NCBI GenBank assembly: GCA_002269645.1
Contig: NIVC01000280.1
Coordinates: forward strand, 310,001 to 374,000
Direction: 5' to 3'
Origin: Macrostomum lignano
Lineage: Eukaryota
DNA length: 64,000 nt
Position 1 is the first letter of the stretch; each line of letters starts with the position of its first letter. Under the pieces are notes generated by a model that ran no database searches, was not told the DNA's origin, and saw only the letters and a program-made list of their open reading frames with translations. The position numbers were made by a program, and so were the translations under genes. This document shows positions 59,070 to 64,000 of the stretch, in pieces.

Positions 59070-61611
59070 CTTTAGTAAGCAACGCTTCTAAAATCAATCG
59101 CTGTGCTGCGTCACAAAAACTGCTTGACCTTTAGTAACGATTACTGAGTTAGAATTTAGTAGTTGCCTCAGCGAATCATATGATTTGTCAAGGCTGATCA
59201 GCTGATTAGTAAAAACAATGCCTAATCAGAAAATTGTTGCGTATGAAAAAACTTCACGTTTTAAAAATAATCTCTCTGGTTCCTTTACCTGTCTTGGGCC
59301 AAAAAAGCACTTTAATTTGACTCTTTTTGTTATAATTGTTCATCTCGATTTTCTAATTTAAAAACTGTCCTTCTTACAACAGACTGATAGGGTTCTGTCA
59401 CATCACCCGCAATGAGTTCCGAAATTACAGAATTTTCTACATACATGAGTGCACGGGTAACGTAAGCCGTCTCAGAAAATATGGGCTTGACTTTCGGAGC
59501 CTGCAATTTTTATGTCGAGATTTTTCCCCACCTCTACATGACAAATTGGTTTAGAAAATATTCAACCTTTAATGTTCTGTTGAGGTTGCAAACAAAAAAA
59601 TTTACAAAATTAAAGTTAATATAGAAGTTACGCATGTTTCACAATTTATTTTTTATTAATGTAAAGATAATCGTTTCGTTGAACTCGATTTAGAGGGGAA
59701 GCAAGCAAAGCAAGCAAAGACAGAAGTAAAACTGAATTGTTTCGATTTCCTTCCACGCAGGACCAACGAAATAAAAAAGAACCAGCTCTAGCCTTTTGGA
59801 CGCTTTATTGCGTCAGCTATACGTTGGAAATCACTTGAATGCTAGCTCCAGTTTTATGTTTTATGCTTGATTTAGTGCGTAAAACTTACGCTCTCTCCAA
59901 ACCTACACTCTAGCGCTGATCACGTGTCCAATTATTTTTCCACCAACTTCTCGAATAGAACTTGATGCAGTTTTCAACACGTTCGCATACTTAATGCACT
60001 ACGAGCTTTGCATTTACGCTTCGCCTTCAATGGTAGATCATCAGGGCTCGCAACATTTGTACTTTTCTAACCGACTTCAATTGTACAAAATGGTATCCGC
60101 TAAATAAATTCCCGGTTGCTGCGGTAGCTGCAGTATGCAAGTGGCTAAAAGATTGGCAGAGTGTGACCTTTTACTATGATAAGTTACCCCCGCAAAGACT
60201 AGAATATGGTATGAGCTAGGAAATGGCATCGAATTGCGTTCCCCTAAAACTTTTGCTTTGGGCGTGGAACTTTGAAGATCAGAAGTTTTGCGGCTTGCGG
60301 TTAAATATAGTAAGTTGTGTGGGCTTCATCGTGAGGCTGCTTGATCCTGATCGGCCTTCGTGGCGGATAGAGATGTGCACGCACCGAGGGGCCAAGCCCC
60401 AGCTACGCACTCTGTCCCCACTGCAAAACCACACTGGCCAACATACACAGTCGACAAGCAAAGTCTCGGCCATTTTGTTTACCAGAGCTACGACCATTTA
60501 GTCCGAAATCTTTTTCCCTCCATGAACTGCACCCGGCGCACCCAAAGCCGTTTCTTCCATTCTGCCCACCACGTTGCTTCCATACGGAACTATTCTGCAG
60601 TGGGAGCGAGCATCCTGAATGAATCGAATGAAAATTATTGGCACCAAAGCAACTGATTCCAATGCATGCAGAACAGTAATAGCATAGAGCCCTAGACTAA
60701 TTCCGGTTAAGATCTCGAATGATTTGTATTCAAGCGTGAATTAAAGCGTGCTGGCTATCCAACAGCTGCCTTGCTAATTCTTTTAGATTACGGACGAAAT
60801 ATTTTATCGATTCTCTGTCTGCAAATGCTAAAGACATTGCCAGTCAGCCGAAATTCATAGGACTACATGTAAAAAAAGTTCTCTAGACGCATGCATTCAT
60901 CGTCTTTGCCTGGGAAAATAAAACGCTAATGCAAGCCTTTGTGCATGCTTTGCGCTTGTACAGAACGAAGGTTCTGCGATAACAAGTTGTGGATGTCGGA
61001 TAATGAGGCAGAGCGGACGGGAAACCGTTCGAACCGCAGCAAGCAGCAAGTGCAATAAAAAGTGCTTCTCTGTTTTAATTGTTTGTGCGCTTCGGTAGGA
61101 ACAAGGGCATGATGATGAAGGAAAAAGTTGGGTGCAATTTTTCCCTACCGTTCAGCATCCCATAACAAGATCGAGAAATATATTTCCAGCAAGCCGCTGA
61201 AAATGTGCTTGTATGCTTGTGAGCGATGCAGTTCAGAGAGAAAAAGCACTTGCTGACCAGTGCCGCGCCTGGAAGGCAGGATTTCTTTATCGGGATGCAT
61301 CCATTCTGCCGACCCATTCTGAACCCCAGTTGCAGTTTTGTATGAGGGGCACGGCGGAGAGAATCGGCCTCAAATTTGCAATGGAAGACCCTTTGAAATG
61401 AAATCTCGGGAATGCAGGCCCATCAGACGACGCATTGCCGTGGCGTAAAATTTTAGGCTTACCCAGATGGCGTCCGGGCGTGCAACTAACGGTTTTCTGT
61501 TTTATGCAGTGAAGTTTTTATCACCAGTGGGCACGGCAGATATACAGTGTATTTGCCACGTAGGTATCCTCTATCCGGAATGGATTTCAGAGCCATCCTC
61601 TATGTTTCAAT

Positions 61612-62713
61612 GGGAGTTGCTGAGATGCCAAGCTTCAAGGGGAGTTGCTGAGATGCCAAGCTTCAAGGGGAGTTGCTGAGATGCCAAGCTTCAAGGGGAG
61701 TTGCTGAGATGCCAAGCTTCAAGGGGAGTTGCTGAGATGGCAAGCTTCAAGGGGAATTGCTGAGATGGCAAGCTTTAAGGGGAGTTGCTGAGATGCCAAG
61801 CTTCAAGGGGAGTTGCTGAGATGCCAAGCTTCAAGGGGAGTTGCTGAGATGCCAAGCTTCAAGGGGAGTTGCTGAGATGCCAAGCTTCAAGGGGAGTTGC
61901 TGAGATGCCAAGCTTCAAGGGGAGTTGCTGAGATGCCAAGCTTCAAGGGGAGTTGCTGAGATGCCAAGCTTCAAGGGGAGTTGCTGAGATGCCAAGCTTC
62001 AAGGGGAGTTGCTGAGATGCCAAGCTTCAAGGGGAGTTGCTGAGATGCCAAGCTTCAAGGGGAGTTGCTGAGATGCCAAGCTTCAAGGGGAATTGCTGAG
62101 ATGGCAAGCTTCAAGGGGAGTTGCTGAGATGCCAAGCTTCAAGGGGAGTTGCTGAGATGCCAAGCTTCAAGGGGAGTTGCTGAGATGCCAAGCTTCAAGG
62201 GGAGTTGCTGAGATGCCAAGCTTCAAGGGGAGTTGCTGAGATGCCAAGCTTCAAGGGGAGTTGCTGAGATGCCAAGCTTCAAGGGGAGTTGCTGAGATGC
62301 CAAGCTTCAAGGGGAGTTGCTGAGATGCCAAGCTTCAAGGGGAGTTGCTGAGATGCCAAGCTTCAAGGGGAGTTGCTGAGATGCCAAGCTTCAAGGGGAG
62401 TTGCTGAGATGCCAAGCTTCAAGGGGAATTGCTGAGATGGCAAGCTTCAAGGGGAGTTGCTGAGATGCCAAGCTTCAAGGGGAGTTGCTGAGATGCCAAG
62501 CTTCAAGGGGAGTTGCTGAGATGCCAAGCTTCAAGGGGAGTTGCTGAGATGCCAAGCTTCAAGGGGAGTTGCTGAGATGCCAAGCTTCAAGGGGAGTTGC
62601 TGAGATGCCAAGCTTCAAGGGGAGTTGCTGAGATGCAAGCTTCAAGGGGAGTTGCTGAGATGCCAAGCTTCAAGGGGAGTTGCTGAGATGCCAAGCTTCA
62701 AGGGGAGTTGCTG
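61612..62713. repeat. 28-bp satellite (AGTTGCTGAGATGCCAAGCTTCAAGGGG)n, ~39 copies
   Basis: Period of 28 verified (61615, 61643, 61671). One HindIII site in nearly every unit. No spacers. Confidence 0.98.
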
Positions 62714-64000
62714 ACGGGTGGCATTGTTACTACGAGTATGTCAATGATCAAGGTGCAGGAATGCTGAGATTCCAAGTCTGTATGCTGGCATCTTTCTGAT
62801 ATCTTATAGGTTAGAAAGCTTGAAATCAAAAGTAATGCTTCTGCTTCGAACATCTTAATCTAGCTCGTGTAAGAAACCAACAAGCGTCTGTAGTGTCTGC
62901 ACGAGGCACTTTAAATGTGGAGTTTTTTTCAACAATTTTTATTTCTTCCTTTGTTGCTAAGGCTTCGGCACTCAATATTCTCTCTTCTAAGCCGTAGCAT
63001 TTAATCGTTCGTTCCCCTGAAACCTTGTCATCTAAGCATTCACTCTTGTACCTTGATATTGCATCTCAGAGTTTCCCATTGAGCTTTTCCCTTGGCAATT
63101 CTGAGCGAAGACTAAAAAAGTTAAAAGTAAACAGGGTTTATTATATGTCTGTTACAATGAGAATTTTGTCGCATTTCGAGGCAGCTTCTATTAATAGGTT
63201 AAAACCCAACAGTTGGATTTAGCGCTTCTGCTCTTCTGATGTGTGACGATACCGACAGACGCCTCTCAGATTCCCAAAGCATTAGCGACCGCACCTATGA
63301 AGATGCTGCACTAGAATCACGGGAAGTTCCCAAAAGTCTTCCGCATCCCCCCATTTCTAGTCCAGTCGAACTGCAGTTGGTTGCAGAAAGGGCTGGAGTA
63401 AAGCTTGGGGGCTGCAGCGGTGCTTTGGTGCCGCTCGAGCGCACGTCACTTTCACTTTAAATTGGCACCCATCCTGCCTATGCAGGGCCAGAGGGGCTGC
63501 CGCACCAGATCTCAATCAGGCCAGGGGGCCATGCAGGTTCAGTCTGCTGCCTTCCCTTCCTCCCTGCCTAACTCCCTCTGATTTTCTGCCATTCCGACTG
63601 CTGTCACCTTCTAGAAATCCCGGAAAAGCGCCTCGTCTGGAGCCTATCGTAATTGCCTCAGGCGCCCGAGCGTCCGCCGGCTATATGGCCCTGAGCGGCT
63701 TATTGATCAGAACGCAGCTGCCTACTGCGGAAGATAGGGCAAGGCGAGGAAACAAGGGGGCTGTGGAATCGATTCCTCTACCGTTCCATTGGCTGGTTTG
63801 TTGCTTTGGAACTGCATGCAGAGGTGGGGATCGGGGATCAGGGCGTGGACGGAATGGGGTGGCAAGGCGGTCAGCCTCCGCGCAAAGGATGGAAATGGGA
63901 AGCGGATGCAGGGCAGGAACAAAACCGCCACCTTAAAACAACAGCAGCTCGGCTTGGTAAAGCAGCACTTGAAGATTTCTGTGATTGAGAAAATTCTTCA

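Noticed and set aside
59800-61400. Degenerate hAT transposase (possible BED finger YALCPHCKTTL, LPVSRNS)
   Set aside because: Only two short motif resemblances, with no recoverable catalytic or dimerisation motifs and no TIR or TSD. Needs a profile search.
61612-62713. 28-bp repeat array as a CRISPR array
   Set aside because: Units are directly adjacent with no unique spacers, there are no cas genes, and the context is eukaryotic.
63025-63988. Short ORFs at the right edge
   Set aside because: All are under 85 aa with no motifs or splice structure that I could support.

Overview
Eukaryotic, metazoan genomic DNA from a repeat-rich invertebrate. Composition and transposon types suggest a flatworm such as Macrostomum, but this is inference only. 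Two host genes are recognisable, both on the minus strand. One is a complete six-exon UBE2H (59069-56472, 192 aa) whose first intron is U12-type. The other is the first coding exon of a 14-3-3 epsilon-like gene (3397-3328) that continues beyond the left edge. The ~53 kb between them is a dense, nested collection of mostly decayed transposons. It holds six Ty3/gypsy elements or relics, including one full-length copy with a 5-bp TSD and one 1.07-kb copy with an inverted gag. It also holds a 7.5-kb Helitron (OTU + Rep/helicase + RPA70-like OB folds), a P/THAP9-type element with 116-bp TIRs and an 8-bp TSD, two mariners, a Merlin and LINE fragments. Four Crypton (DUF3504-type) relics, a divergent zinc-finger/tyrosine-recombinase gene, several MITEs and mini/microsatellites complete the set. 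The most notable patterns are: (1) 17 of 19 transposon coding relics lie on the + strand, antisense to both host genes, which suggests a uni-strand piRNA cluster, a long intron or an operon spacer; (2) an LTR element carries antisense gag; (3) a CCATAGAC motif is about 10-fold enriched and forms nested inverted pairs; (4) a 28-bp satellite has a 12-mer higher-order period. No rRNA, intact tRNA or CRISPR array was found.
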